From IMG/VR virus record IMGVR_UViG_3300044712_000810, positions 124,001 to 188,000 of that record: DNA of 64,000 nt, one strand, 5' to 3'. Positions 20,621-29,931 of this stretch are shown here, piece after piece (within the stretch, counting starts at the first letter, position 1; every line of letters starts with the position of its first letter). Position numbers and translations under genes: made by a program. The notes under the pieces were generated by a model. The model had not been told where the DNA came from. It saw only the letters and a program-made list of their open reading frames with translations, and ran no database searches.

Positions 20621-21168
20621 GCCGGAATGATTTTTAAAAACTGCTTATAATAAATCATTGATACATTAACTGAATTAAATATAATATAATTTTCTCTATT
20701 ATTCTTTTGAGCGTTTTCACTAAAATTAAAACTACCAGTTCCTATAATTTTTAAATCAGATATTATAAACTTATTATGATGGATTGCAACCTTATCATCA
20801 ACATAAATAATAACACCCATTGAATATAATTTACTAAGTAACTGTGGGACAGTGTATCTTACACTACCAATAAAAACTGATGATTTAGATGATAATAAAC
20901 CTTCATCAATAATCATTGATACTTTTACACCACGATTTAATGCTGCATAAATAGCATTACATATTTTATTATTTGTAAATTGATATGTTGAAATATAAAG
21001 AGAAGATTTCGTATTATTAATTAAATTAACAATCGATTGTTCTATTTCACCTTTAGGTGAGAAATTAATATCTGCAGAAATATTATTTTCTAATTGTGTT
21101 TTTTCTGCAAATATAATTGTTGGTGTTATGCATATTATCAATAAAACTAACCAAAACTTTTTAAACAT
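20596..21168 (-). CDS. PLD-family (Nuc-like) nuclease with signal peptide
   Basis: Single HKD motif HHNKFIISD...GTGSFNFSENA..NRENY; N-terminal signal peptide. Confidence 0.85.
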   Translation of the reverse strand: MFKKFWLVLLIICITPTIIFAEKTQLENNISADINFSPKGEIEQSIVNLINNTKSSLYISTYQFTNNKICNAIYAALNRGVKVSMIIDEGLLSSKSSVFIGSVRYTVPQLLSKLYSMGVIIYVDDKVAIHHNKFIISDLKIIGTGSFNFSENAQKNNRENYIIFNSVNVSMIYYKQFLKIIPACQKFTGL

Positions 21169-21178
21169 ACTTTCTCCA

Positions 21179-21718
21179 TTATGTGATTGATGGAACTGGA
21201 GGTGTTATCCAATTGATACTAATAACTTCTTCTTTTGTTTGAGCGTTATCAATTTGTTGTTGATAATGCCATTTAGCACCAAACAAAGCTTGATAATATA
21301 AACCTACTTGAATAGTCATTGCTTTAAAATAACCAACAGTAACATAATGTGTAATATTATCAAAATCACGAAGTGAAATATATTGGTCGTCAGTCATTTT
21401 TGCCGTATCAATAAGAACTAACATACTTGTCCAGTTACTAATATCCGATGGTTTACAGTCAACTTTAAAACCTAAGAAACAACCACAACCTTCTAATAAA
21501 CATTGTTCATATGATTGTTTAATTATTTCTTTTTGATTTGATTTTGTTAAATTCAATTCAGCATCAACTATTTGTTCCCATGTTGGTTTAACACGTGAAT
21601 CATTCCATATTAATAACTCATATTGAGTCTTAGTATTACTATTTGTTGACCCTGAATATTCAGCTGCTGGGGTTAAATAGTCAATACAAATTGCTAAGTC
21701 ATTAACACTATCAGTCAT
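21179..21718 (-). CDS. Tail fibre assembly-like protein (XkdW/DUF4376-like)
   Basis: LIWNDSRVKPTWEQI; C-terminal IDNAQTKEEVISINW. Confidence 0.6.
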   Translation of the reverse strand: MTDSVNDLAICIDYLTPAAEYSGSTNSNTKTQYELLIWNDSRVKPTWEQIVDAELNLTKSNQKEIIKQSYEQCLLEGCGCFLGFKVDCKPSDISNWTSMLVLIDTAKMTDDQYISLRDFDNITHYVTVGYFKAMTIQVGLYYQALFGAKWHYQQQIDNAQTKEEVISINWITPPVPSIT

Positions 21719-21729
21719 GACTATTTCTC

Positions 21730-23664
21730 CTAATACTTAGTAATATTAATTTGTGAATATATTTCAACATTACCAAAGTTACTTGGCGCTCCAAAACCAG
21801 TTGTATTATAAGTTGTTGCGCAACGATGTTGTAATTCTAATACAGTCGTTTGTGTTAATGTAATCGCAGTATCAATAAATGATCTAGATTGTTCGGCCGA
21901 AGATGTAGTTAATGTTGTTTCGGCTGTTCCATATTCAGATATTGAATCGCCACTAATTGATTGTAATCTACATGTATGTTTACCAACACGAAATGCAGGA
22001 GTAGAGGCTTTAATTAAATAATTGCCTGGTTGTAATGTAATCTGGTTTGTAGTAAGTGTCGCCCAAGTTTGTGAAAGTTTAGTAGTATTTAAAACTCTTG
22101 TTCTCCAAGCACCAGAAGTGAATGTTCCACCACTTGTATTGTTTGGTTGAGTTTCATTAATAATACAAACTTGAACCGCAGCAGTAGTTGCACTTAAAAC
22201 ACCATTACCATCAATAGATAAATTATTTCCAACTTTAATACCACCTAATGTATTTTGAGTTGCAGCAGGTAGTACATAATCGCCAGAATCAATTTGACCT
22301 TGAATAATTGCAATTTGATCATCAACATACTGTTTATTTGCAAACTGATTTAAACTTGTTGGAGCAGATGATGGTCCGAATGGTAAACTTGAGAATGTAT
22401 GAATATCAGTTAATGCTGTATAATAATATGCATTACCTGATGTATTCTTATAAACAACAAAGTCAATCGGTTTAAATTCTGGATTTATTTCAATACGAGA
22501 CATAACAGCAGCAGTACCGGTAGCAATAAAACGAAGACCTTTCGCGTAACCATTCTGATATTGTAATCCTAACCATGGACTCGTTTCATTATAAGTATAA
22601 CCGAAAACAAGACCATTTAAGTTAGTATTAGTTGTAGGATCAGAGTTACGATATACGAAAACATGTGCTTCACCAGTTGTTTGAGTAGTACCACAACCAA
22701 GATATGAATTGTATACAGATTGTGCCCAAAGTGCTTGAGTACTATTTGCTTGACTTGTTTCAAAAGAAACTGCATTAAATCCATTATAACCAAAAATATT
22801 ATTTCTAAATCTTAATTTAGTACCAGCACCATTATTAAAATTAATTAAATCTTGAGTTGTAGTAGTTCCAGTTCCTAATGATAACATTCCTAAAGAACCA
22901 TCATATATTGTGTTACTATTTGTGACGGCCCAAGATTTAGTTACATTATTCCAATAAGGTATTACACCATTGATTGTTGGAATAGGAAGTAAAGGTGAAT
23001 CATACTGATTTTTAAGAAATAATGGAAAATCAGTTTCAACTAATGATGCGCCGTCCAAATAAAAAGTTCCAGTAACACCATTCTTAATTTCAATGTTATA
23101 TCTAATTTGTTTTACAGAAGAACTTGTTACACTGAATTGTACAATTAAATCTTCATATGCATTCACAGTAGTATTATATGCACTTGTATAAACGCCATTA
23201 GTCCATGTTGATCCATTATAAGTATCAACACTTATACGCATTGCAGATGCTACTGATGAACGAACATAAGCTCTTGCACAATATTTACTATCGACCCATA
23301 CATTACAATCAGGATTTACATCTGCTGTTATTCTTATACCTGATGTTGTATACATTGTAGTTATATTTACTTTCAACGATGCAACGCCAGTTCTAACTAT
23401 GGTATTCTCTTGTCCATATGTATGAACACCTGCGGTTCCATCAGTTGTTATAATCCAATTTAAGGGAGTATTTGTACTATCCCATACAGTAAAACTATCA
23501 TTACGAATCACGTTAAAACAACGTGTTTTTTGAATTTGATTCATACGATCTTGAATCGTATAAAATATATCATCAAAAGTTTTATTTGTATAAATATGTT
23601 GTGCCATTACGCTATTTAGTGATAATGGATTTAAATCCATCCACTTTCTTCCAGTCTTTGCCAT
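21730..23664 (-). CDS. Tail fibre/receptor-binding protein with carbohydrate-binding-like domain
   Basis: Start reassigned to ATG 23664 (GGAG RBS); YVLPAAT..TLGGIKVGNNLSIDGNGVLS motif. Confidence 0.65.
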   Translation of the reverse strand: MAKTGRKWMDLNPLSLNSVMAQHIYTNKTFDDIFYTIQDRMNQIQKTRCFNVIRNDSFTVWDSTNTPLNWIITTDGTAGVHTYGQENTIVRTGVASLKVNITTMYTTSGIRITADVNPDCNVWVDSKYCARAYVRSSVASAMRISVDTYNGSTWTNGVYTSAYNTTVNAYEDLIVQFSVTSSSVKQIRYNIEIKNGVTGTFYLDGASLVETDFPLFLKNQYDSPLLPIPTINGVIPYWNNVTKSWAVTNSNTIYDGSLGMLSLGTGTTTTQDLINFNNGAGTKLRFRNNIFGYNGFNAVSFETSQANSTQALWAQSVYNSYLGCGTTQTTGEAHVFVYRNSDPTTNTNLNGLVFGYTYNETSPWLGLQYQNGYAKGLRFIATGTAAVMSRIEINPEFKPIDFVVYKNTSGNAYYYTALTDIHTFSSLPFGPSSAPTSLNQFANKQYVDDQIAIIQGQIDSGDYVLPAATQNTLGGIKVGNNLSIDGNGVLSATTAAVQVCIINETQPNNTSGGTFTSGAWRTRVLNTTKLSQTWATLTTNQITLQPGNYLIKASTPAFRVGKHTCRLQSISGDSISEYGTAETTLTTSSAEQSRSFIDTAITLTQTTVLELQHRCATTYNTTGFGAPSNFGNVEIYSQINITKY

Positions 23665-23841
23665 TTTAAAGCTCCTTGCTTTTTGCCGAAGATTTACTTC
23701 GGATATATCCCACAAGGGAATTTTTGTTTTCTCAATTTTTATATAGAAATATATTAACTATCGTAATGCGGACACCTGAGCAAGTAGGGGGCTGGCGAAT
23801 TGGTCGCCAGTCCTCGAACGCATTTTTTAATGGAGGTAAAA

Positions 23842-24015
23842 ATGCGAGAGTTAATAGCATTGTTTCTATATTTAACATCATCGATACAATTTGCTGCTAA
23901 TTACATAGCAGAAACGTCAAAAGTCAATTTAATTATATATGTATGTCTTGGTATTTATTCATCATGGTCATTAGCAAAACTTAATCAGTTGAAAGAACTT
24001 AACTCTGACGAATAA
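23842..24015 (+). CDS. 57-aa membrane peptide
   Basis: GGAGG RBS; two hydrophobic stretches; followed by terminator. Confidence 0.55.
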   Translation: MRELIALFLYLTSSIQFAANYIAETSKVNLIIYVCLGIYSSWSLAKLNQLKELNSDE

Positions 24016-24017
24016 TT

Positions 24018-24046
24018 GGAGGGGGATTTCTCCCCCTCCGTTTTTT
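24018..24046. terminator. Terminator between convergent genes
   Basis: GGAGGGGGA/TCCCCCTCC stem plus T-run. Confidence 0.75.
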
Positions 24047-24053
24047 ATTGATA

Positions 24054-25862
24054 TTATACAGCTACATTGTACATAACTGTGATATTATCACCGGCTTCGA
24101 TGATACCATCAATTCCCATTGATGCCCATGTAAGTCTATTAGGTGTTGAACCATCCATTTGATAGTCAATACCATAGAATTGGTTAGGAGCATTCTTAAT
24201 AAGAAGAACAACTTGTGATGCAGTTTTTGGTACATTTGCAAGTTGTACATATTTGTTTGTAATATTACTTGCACTAAGAGTAAATGTTTCAACAACATCA
24301 GAATTAGCAGTAGCATTAGTAATAGCAGTTTGCACCCAACTCATTGTTGTTGCACTGCTTGGAGTTGTTGGATCTGCTAAACCTGTAATCTCATAATGGG
24401 TTGCACCATTATATGTATTCCAATTAGATGTAAGCGGTCCAAGAACAACAGAATCGCCCACAAGTTGTGTACCATTACCAGTATTTACACTGAGTACACC
24501 ATCAGTAATTGAAAGACCATCACCTGCAACACCAGAACCAAGACCAATAGCACCAGCAGTAAATACTAAACCACCATTGGCATCAAGGTTGACAGAGATG
24601 TCATTAGATGCAACGACAAGACCTTTAGTTGTATCAACAATCTGTGATGCGTTAACAGATACAGCATCAGCGGTAACTGTAATACCATCGCCAGCACCAA
24701 CAGCCAATGGACCATTGCCGCCAATAAGACCAGCACCAGCAACGGATGGATCGATCTTAACATCGGTTACGGCTCCAGAAGCGATTTCAGTTGAAGTAAT
24801 ACCACCAGCAGATACTTTAAGACCAGCACCACTAAGTGATAATGTTCCACCATCAAGGTCGATTGTAACATTATCTGCTACAATTTCAAGACCGTTACCA
24901 GTATTTACTGATAATGCTGCGCCAGCACCACCACTAAGACCAGCACCAGCAACAGATGCACTAAGTTCAACGCCAGTAATACCAGCTGAAGAAACTTTAA
25001 CACCAGAACCTGTTACTGTAAGTGTTGATCCATCGGCAAGCACTGTAATACTATTTGGGTCAACTTGGATACCGTTACCAGCACCAATATCAATAATATT
25101 ACCATTTTTAGTTAAACCAGCACCAGCAATAATCTGACCAGCACCTGAGAATTGTTCAAATGCTAATTCTGTTGTGTCGATAGTAATAGGATCATCAGTA
25201 ATAAGAACCCAACCAGAGTCATGGTTAATATTACCTTCAGTTACGAATGTGAATGCACCAGCTGTAACTTCAGTTAATGGAGTTCCATCAAAATCAGCTG
25301 CACGAGTAAGAACAGCAGCAGTCGATCCATCACCAGCAACTGACACAACATAAATACCATTTTCAGTGGCATTTGTTTGATCTTTTACTAATACACGGTC
25401 ATTGACTTTAAGTGCAACAGAATCAATTACTAATGCACCATTAGCAGTCATTGTAATTGTTTTACCGGCCAATTCATATGTACCAGCAAGAGTACCAGTT
25501 GTTGTAACTCTAACTGCTGGATGTAAATTAAGACCTTGTGCAACTGTATCTACATATAATTTGTTAGCTGCATCAGTATCAGCAATTGGTGAACCAACAG
25601 ATGTTAATCTATTACCACCCATTGATTGATTACCAGTGTATGGTCTAGATCCATCAGTTTTAATGTAAGATGTTGCTAATTTACTGTCATCAATGTTGCC
25701 AGCAAGCATTGAGTTGGTAATACCACCTGATGTAACATCAAGACCATTATTAGTTCTAATAATGGCACCAGTAGGATTAACTTTAACTTGCAATTCTTTA
25801 CTAGCATTAACTTCTAATGACTGACTATCCTTTTTAATCCATTTACCTTCTACAAGGGCCAT
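24054..25862 (-). CDS. Gly/Ala-rich virion structural (head/tail fibre-like) protein
   Basis: RVLVKDQTNATENGIYVV...LTRAADFD motif; many AGAGL/AGDGI repeats. Confidence 0.75.
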   Translation of the reverse strand: MALVEGKWIKKDSQSLEVNASKELQVKVNPTGAIIRTNNGLDVTSGGITNSMLAGNIDDSKLATSYIKTDGSRPYTGNQSMGGNRLTSVGSPIADTDAANKLYVDTVAQGLNLHPAVRVTTTGTLAGTYELAGKTITMTANGALVIDSVALKVNDRVLVKDQTNATENGIYVVSVAGDGSTAAVLTRAADFDGTPLTEVTAGAFTFVTEGNINHDSGWVLITDDPITIDTTELAFEQFSGAGQIIAGAGLTKNGNIIDIGAGNGIQVDPNSITVLADGSTLTVTGSGVKVSSAGITGVELSASVAGAGLSGGAGAALSVNTGNGLEIVADNVTIDLDGGTLSLSGAGLKVSAGGITSTEIASGAVTDVKIDPSVAGAGLIGGNGPLAVGAGDGITVTADAVSVNASQIVDTTKGLVVASNDISVNLDANGGLVFTAGAIGLGSGVAGDGLSITDGVLSVNTGNGTQLVGDSVVLGPLTSNWNTYNGATHYEITGLADPTTPSSATTMSWVQTAITNATANSDVVETFTLSASNITNKYVQLANVPKTASQVVLLIKNAPNQFYGIDYQMDGSTPNRLTWASMGIDGIIEAGDNITVMYNVAV

Positions 25863-26023
25863 AATATTCTCCTTATGATGTTTTAAATTAAATACATGAC
25901 ATAAATTACCTAAAAATATAAACTATTAAGCATTCGTCAACACCTGTTAGCAAACTAACATTGACTTAACTTTAATAATCAAAAAAGATACATAGAAATT
26001 GTAGTTAAACAAAGGAGGTGAAA

Positions 26024-26272
26024 ATGATCATTTGTCCAGTGTGCCATTCCAGACCAGTCACAAATTCCGATTATAACATGTGTGATGCATGTTACGCCGA
26101 AAGACATCGTGATAACTACGATGACGATGATAAATCCATTTGGGAATCCATTTGCGATTTTTTCAGCTCGATCGGTGATTTCTTTAGTGATCTATTTAGC
26201 GGAATCGGTGATGGATTCGGTGGAGGCGATGGAGGCTGTGACGGTGGCGGAGGTGACGGTGGTGGAGATTAA
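26024..26272 (+). CDS. Cys-rich, Gly/Asp-tailed peptide
   Basis: AGGAGG RBS; CPVC..CDAC; GDGFGGGDGGCDGGGGDGGGD tail. Confidence 0.65.
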   Translation: MIICPVCHSRPVTNSDYNMCDACYAERHRDNYDDDDKSIWESICDFFSSIGDFFSDLFSGIGDGFGGGDGGCDGGGGDGGGD

Positions 26273-26274
26273 CC

Positions 26275-26433
26275 ATGTTCGATAAATTTATCGAATTTAG
26301 TTTTTCACCAGTAGATCCAAAGATTGCCGCATTCATTCTTGGTATAGGTATTGGATTTATACTGGGAATGTATGTAACCGGTAAACTTCTTACTATACTT
26401 GAAAGGAAATCCGATGGCAAGAAAAATGTGTGA
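26275..26433 (+). CDS. 52-aa membrane peptide
   Basis: Manual translation MFDKFIEFSFSPVDPKIAAFILGIGIGFILGMYV... Confidence 0.6.
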   Translation: MFDKFIEFSFSPVDPKIAAFILGIGIGFILGMYVTGKLLTILERKSDGKKNV

Positions 26434-26605
26434 ACACTGTGGAAAGAATCCCGCCGGTGCATATGGTGGACCATGTGCACAATGCGCAAGCAAAAGACCT
26501 GAAAGCCGCGCAGTAATGCCTGGCGTTCCAAGCAACAGGTCCAGATCAACTCCAATTGTCACCGAGTGTGACATTGACGGATGTGATTGTGGAGGTGACG
26601 ACTAA
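26414..26605 (+). CDS. Cys-rich peptide
   Basis: CEHC..CAQC..ECDIDGCDCGGDD. Confidence 0.6.
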   Translation: MARKMCEHCGKNPAGAYGGPCAQCASKRPESRAVMPGVPSNRSRSTPIVTECDIDGCDCGGDD

Positions 26606-26772
26606 TGTCCAACGAAGAACAGAAACGTGACTCTGCCGGTGATGTCGTTGAAGATGTTTTCGATATCGCGGGTGAAGTTCTTGGCGGTATCGGTGAAGTT
26701 GCAAGTGGAGCCGCAGAAGTTGCTGGAGACGTCATCGGTGGCATCGTCGGTGGAATTGCCGACATCTTCTAA
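26605..26772 (+). CDS. 55-aa acidic Gly/Ala/Val-rich amphipathic peptide
   Basis: TAATG overlap, GGAGG RBS; MSNEEQKRDSAGDVVEDVFDIAGEVLGGIGEVASG... Confidence 0.65.
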   Translation: MSNEEQKRDSAGDVVEDVFDIAGEVLGGIGEVASGAAEVAGDVIGGIVGGIADIF

Positions 26773-26783
26773 TGGAGGACAAC

Positions 26784-26846
26784 ATGGATGACTCGATGTG
26801 GTTCCTCTTTATAATATTTATTATACTGTTCATGGCAAACAGTTAA
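26784..26846 (+). CDS. 20-aa hydrophobic peptide
   Basis: GGAGG RBS; MDDSMWFLFIIFIILFMANS; followed by terminator. Confidence 0.45.
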   Translation: MDDSMWFLFIIFIILFMANS

Positions 26847-26850
26847 CAAC

Positions 26851-26868
26851 AAGGCCCTTCGGGGCCTT
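26851..26868. terminator. cUUCGg terminator (identical copies at 51258-51275 and 56188-56205)
   Basis: AAGGCCCTTCGGGGCCTT. Confidence 0.8.
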
Positions 26869-26870
26869 TC

Positions 26871-27491
26871 TTATTGTTTAGAATATAATACATAAATAAC
26901 ATCACCAGTTTGTAAAACTTGTTCTAAGTTATATCCATCCCAACGTAATTTACGATTGTCATCAAGATCAATTGTATAATCAACATCAAGAAGTTGTGTA
27001 GTTCCTCCTGGTATTGCCACTAAAAATTTCATCCGACTAAATGGCACATAATCTAAGTATATCATTTTACTGGTAACCATTTCATTGGTAAGAGTATAAA
27101 TTCTTACTTCAATATTATCACCAGTGTTTCCACCAGTTGGATGATTAGCTAAGTGATCCTGAAACTGTGTATAAAATGTATTTAAGTCTTCAGCACGAAT
27201 AGGTGAACCCTTACCGTAATAAGTAATAGTGACAGGAGTGTTAGATGCTGATGCATGAAAAAATACTTCACAATTTTTATAATTAACGTAAAACTGACCT
27301 TGTTGTGGAGGATAGTTATTTACTCTTGACATATTATTGACAATAGGTGCAGGCGATACTGAACCATCATCTGGTCTTTCTTTTAAATCGATTTTAAATG
27401 GTGAAGAACTCGATACTGTTAATGTTTCCGATATTTGAATAGGATCCCAAGTACCATCTGGTTTGATTCTTAATGGTTGTACAGGTAACAT
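26871..27491 (-). CDS. Virion structural protein
   Basis: C-terminal YTLTNEMVTSKMIYL..LDVDYTI..LRWDGY resembles the C-terminus of 24054-25862. Confidence 0.65.
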   Translation of the reverse strand: MLPVQPLRIKPDGTWDPIQISETLTVSSSSPFKIDLKERPDDGSVSPAPIVNNMSRVNNYPPQQGQFYVNYKNCEVFFHASASNTPVTITYYGKGSPIRAEDLNTFYTQFQDHLANHPTGGNTGDNIEVRIYTLTNEMVTSKMIYLDYVPFSRMKFLVAIPGGTTQLLDVDYTIDLDDNRKLRWDGYNLEQVLQTGDVIYVLYSKQ

Positions 27492-27640
27492 GTCATATTG
27501 CTCCTAATTGATTTGATACTGATTGAATATTGTTTTGATTTTTCTTTGTTTTTCTTCCTTTTGTTGCTTTGAAAGACATGATCTTTTGTGGCCACATTTA
27601 GATCTATATTTTTTAAACGAAGTGCCGCCACAACCTTACA

Positions 27641-27966
27641 AATCATAAGGGAAGGTATGATGTAAATAGTTACATCACATACAGAATTTTAGGAATAATT
27701 CAATCAGTTATTTTTTCTATTTATAATTACTATGTATTTCTCATGTGTTTCAAAAGTATTCCTATGTGAATTGTAAAATGTCTAATTGTAGTAGTTAATC
27801 GCAAAAGGATATCTGTAAGCAATCTAATTTTTCTGGTAGTAACTCTTTAAGAATTACTACTGTTACAAGCTTACACTTATCTTATTTTTTACGAAACATT
27901 CTACTACCTTTCAAAGTATTCGTAAAAACAAGTAAATACACAAGTTTTTACTTTTCCCTTATGATT
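27641..27966 (-). ncRNA. Candidate structured RNA or DNA secondary-structure element
   Basis: 13-bp perfect closing inverted repeat enclosing several hairpins; no ORF. Confidence 0.4.
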
Positions 27967-28170
27967 ACTTTAAGTATTCATTTTTTCATTAAGCATCTAA
28001 TATTTACCATTTTTGCATCTAGTCATCTTGCATTTGCTTCTGACTATTAATAATATACAAATAGTTACGGTTTTACGATCAATCATATACGGCATAAGGG
28101 GTTATATTTTTCCAAAGTGTATTATTTTCGATTATACTGATTGAAATTTTATTTAAGAGAGTTTAATCTA

Positions 28171-28350
28171 TCACTTCTTGAAATTATTTTTTTTGATACT
28201 ATGTAAACTGTCAACTATGGCATTTGTCATTTCATTTCCAGAACAAATACTACATTCCCATTTTGAAGTTTCTAATGTTATATCAGGTTTGTATTTCTGC
28301 CATGTTTGTCTACCACACTTAGAACATTGTTGAAAATTCCAAATAGGCAT
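28171..28350 (-). CDS. 59-aa zinc-ribbon protein
   Basis: Manual translation MPIWNFQQCSKCGR...WECSICSG. Confidence 0.6.
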   Translation of the reverse strand: MPIWNFQQCSKCGRQTWQKYKPDITLETSKWECSICSGNEMTNAIVDSLHSIKKNNFKK

Positions 28351-28406
28351 CTATAATCCTTTTATATTTATTAATATCATATAGAAATAGTAAATCAGGA
28401 GGCACT

Positions 28407-28544
28407 ATGAATAAACCTGAACAACGGCGATTATGGGCTCTTGAGCTTAAACGTACTGGATGGTCAGTTCGTAATATTGCAAAAATGTTACGATACTGTT
28501 ATCTTTTAGACATAAAAGATCAAACCTATTTCGGTTGGTATTAA
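28407..28544 (+). CDS. 45-aa early peptide
   Basis: Motif at 28378, AGGAGG RBS. Confidence 0.6.
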   Translation: MNKPEQRRLWALELKRTGWSVRNIAKMLRYCYLLDIKDQTYFGWY

Positions 28545-28555
28545 GGAGAACTCAT

Positions 28556-28840
28556 ATGCTAATTGAAGAACCGGGTTTTGATATAAAAGTTTTAACCCAA
28601 CAAGAAATTCTGGAATATACTGATAAAGAGTATGAATCAGAATACTACGTTAAATACGATTGTTGTGATCATATGGCAATCAAATATGAACGTGGTCCTG
28701 ATGGGAATTATAAACAATACATTTTGGACGAGAAGAGTGACAAAAAAATCTTCATGTCAGATATACATCATGATGCATTAATCATGAAACTCTGGCGTCA
28801 TGCAAAATACGAAACGTGTAAAGTTTTAATAACAATATAA
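28556..28840 (+). CDS. Hypothetical protein
   Basis: AGGAG RBS. Confidence 0.6.
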   Translation: MLIEEPGFDIKVLTQQEILEYTDKEYESEYYVKYDCCDHMAIKYERGPDGNYKQYILDEKSDKKIFMSDIHHDALIMKLWRHAKYETCKVLITI

Positions 28841-28853
28841 CTGGAGGCACAAC

Positions 28854-29009
28854 ATGCATTTGTTGAGTAAACTTTCACAGTTTGAACTTGTCCTGGTTTC
28901 ACAAAGCATCGCCCTTCTTCTGGGCGTCATTCTCAGCAAGGCATTCAAGCCCAGCTATCAGACGCATGAAGAGTGGCGTCGGGAATACTACGCCAGGAAG
29001 AAAGCTTAA
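28854..29009 (+). CDS. 51-aa membrane peptide
   Basis: GGAGG RBS; terminator 29011-29032 follows. Confidence 0.55.
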   Translation: MHLLSKLSQFELVLVSQSIALLLGVILSKAFKPSYQTHEEWRREYYARKKA

Positions 29010-29010
29010 A

Positions 29011-29040
29011 AAGTGGGGCTTCGGCCCCGCTTAATTTTTT
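29011..29040 (+). terminator. cUUCGg terminator (near-identical at 37881 and 57828)
   Basis: AAGTGGGGCTTCGGCCCCGCTT plus T-run. Confidence 0.8.
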
Positions 29041-29103
29041 TTAATTTTCTCGATTTTGACATAGAAATATTTCATTAGGTGGTGGTATGTATGGAGGCAT
29101 ACC

Positions 29104-29238
29104 ATGTTCTGGATAATTTCATCCCTTCTCCTTATTGGCAGTCTTTCATCTGGCAATAAGGACTGGATCATCTTCGCTTTGATAGTCACATTCGGTTGTG
29201 GCATGATCAGATCGAAGAGAGGTCCACTGAAACTATAA
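29104..29238 (+). CDS. 44-aa membrane peptide
   Basis: GGAGG RBS; hydrophobic. Confidence 0.5.
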   Translation: MFWIISSLLLIGSLSSGNKDWIIFALIVTFGCGMIRSKRGPLKL

Positions 29239-29367
29239 CCCCCGCTTGACTGTGGTAGTCAGGCTTGTTCCAATATCTAACCAGGGCGTAGTGACGTTTA
29301 CTCGTCGGCTCATGTAAATGAGTAACCCGGAAAGTTTTGGAAGGTAAGTGAGAACGCACTTATCTTC
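29239..29367 (+). ncRNA. Candidate small structured RNA
   Basis: GC-elevated intergenic stretch with a three-way-junction-like set of stems and a terminal hairpin. Confidence 0.35.
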
Positions 29368-29419
29368 TTGAATATTTGTTTTTTTTATATAGAAATATAT
29401 AATAAACAAGGAGGCAAAC

Positions 29420-29602
29420 ATGAAAGTTTTCGAAGAGATTTTTAAAGTGGCTGAAGAACAGTTCATGAAAGTCAATAAACCTGTTGAAAAAGGGGATTCG
29501 TTGGAAATTGAAATCCCCAATGTTGAGGATGAAGCTGGTCTTAGGCTGGTCTTTCTCGAGAACGGTTTTGACTACATTGAAGGAATGATGGTGAAGTTAT
29601 GA
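29420..29602 (+). CDS. Hypothetical protein
   Basis: Promoter motif + AGGAGG RBS. Confidence 0.65.
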   Translation: MKVFEEIFKVAEEQFMKVNKPVEKGDSLEIEIPNVEDEAGLRLVFLENGFDYIEGMMVKL

Positions 29603-29931
29603 GACTAAAAGAACCTGAATTCGTCAAGAAGCTCGAAATGTTCGAAAAGGACCTTGCCGAGCTTTGTAAAGTTTACGGAGTCATCTCAGTGGCAGGAATC
29701 CTGTCCATTAAGTTGACAGAAGGTGACATTAACACATTAAAAGAAGCACGTCCTGAAATAGCGGACAAACTCTCGGATCAGGACATGATCGCTTCAGTCC
29801 AACGATTCGAGTACGAAGAAAATCCAGGAAATCTGGATCACATGAAGGCTGAGTCTGTAAGGGCAACATTTACGGAATTGATACAAACGGCGAAAGCACA
29901 AGTTGAAGCCACAAAAGCAACAACGCAATAA
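29599..29931 (+). CDS. Hypothetical protein
   Basis: ATGA coupling. Confidence 0.65.
   Translation: MRLKEPEFVKKLEMFEKDLAELCKVYGVISVAGILSIKLTEGDINTLKEARPEIADKLSDQDMIASVQRFEYEENPGNLDHMKAESVRATFTELIQTAKAQVEATKATTQ

Noticed and set aside
24566-25629. Antisense and alternative-frame ORFs over Gly-rich structural genes, and similar shadows at 14188, 31841, 37417, 49284 and 59006
   Set aside because: They are shadows of codon bias in the real gene on the other strand or frame; no RBS or promoter supports them.
27503-27646. Possible frameshifted Cys-rich gene (MICK/GCGG...CGHKRSC) on the minus strand
   Set aside because: It needs a one-base insertion, has no RBS and overlaps the structured element; it cannot be told from chance or sequencing error.
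27650-28160. CRISPR mini-array (recurring AAGTATT / TAGTTAC words)
   Set aside because: The words are short, irregularly spaced and not identical repeats with unique spacers.
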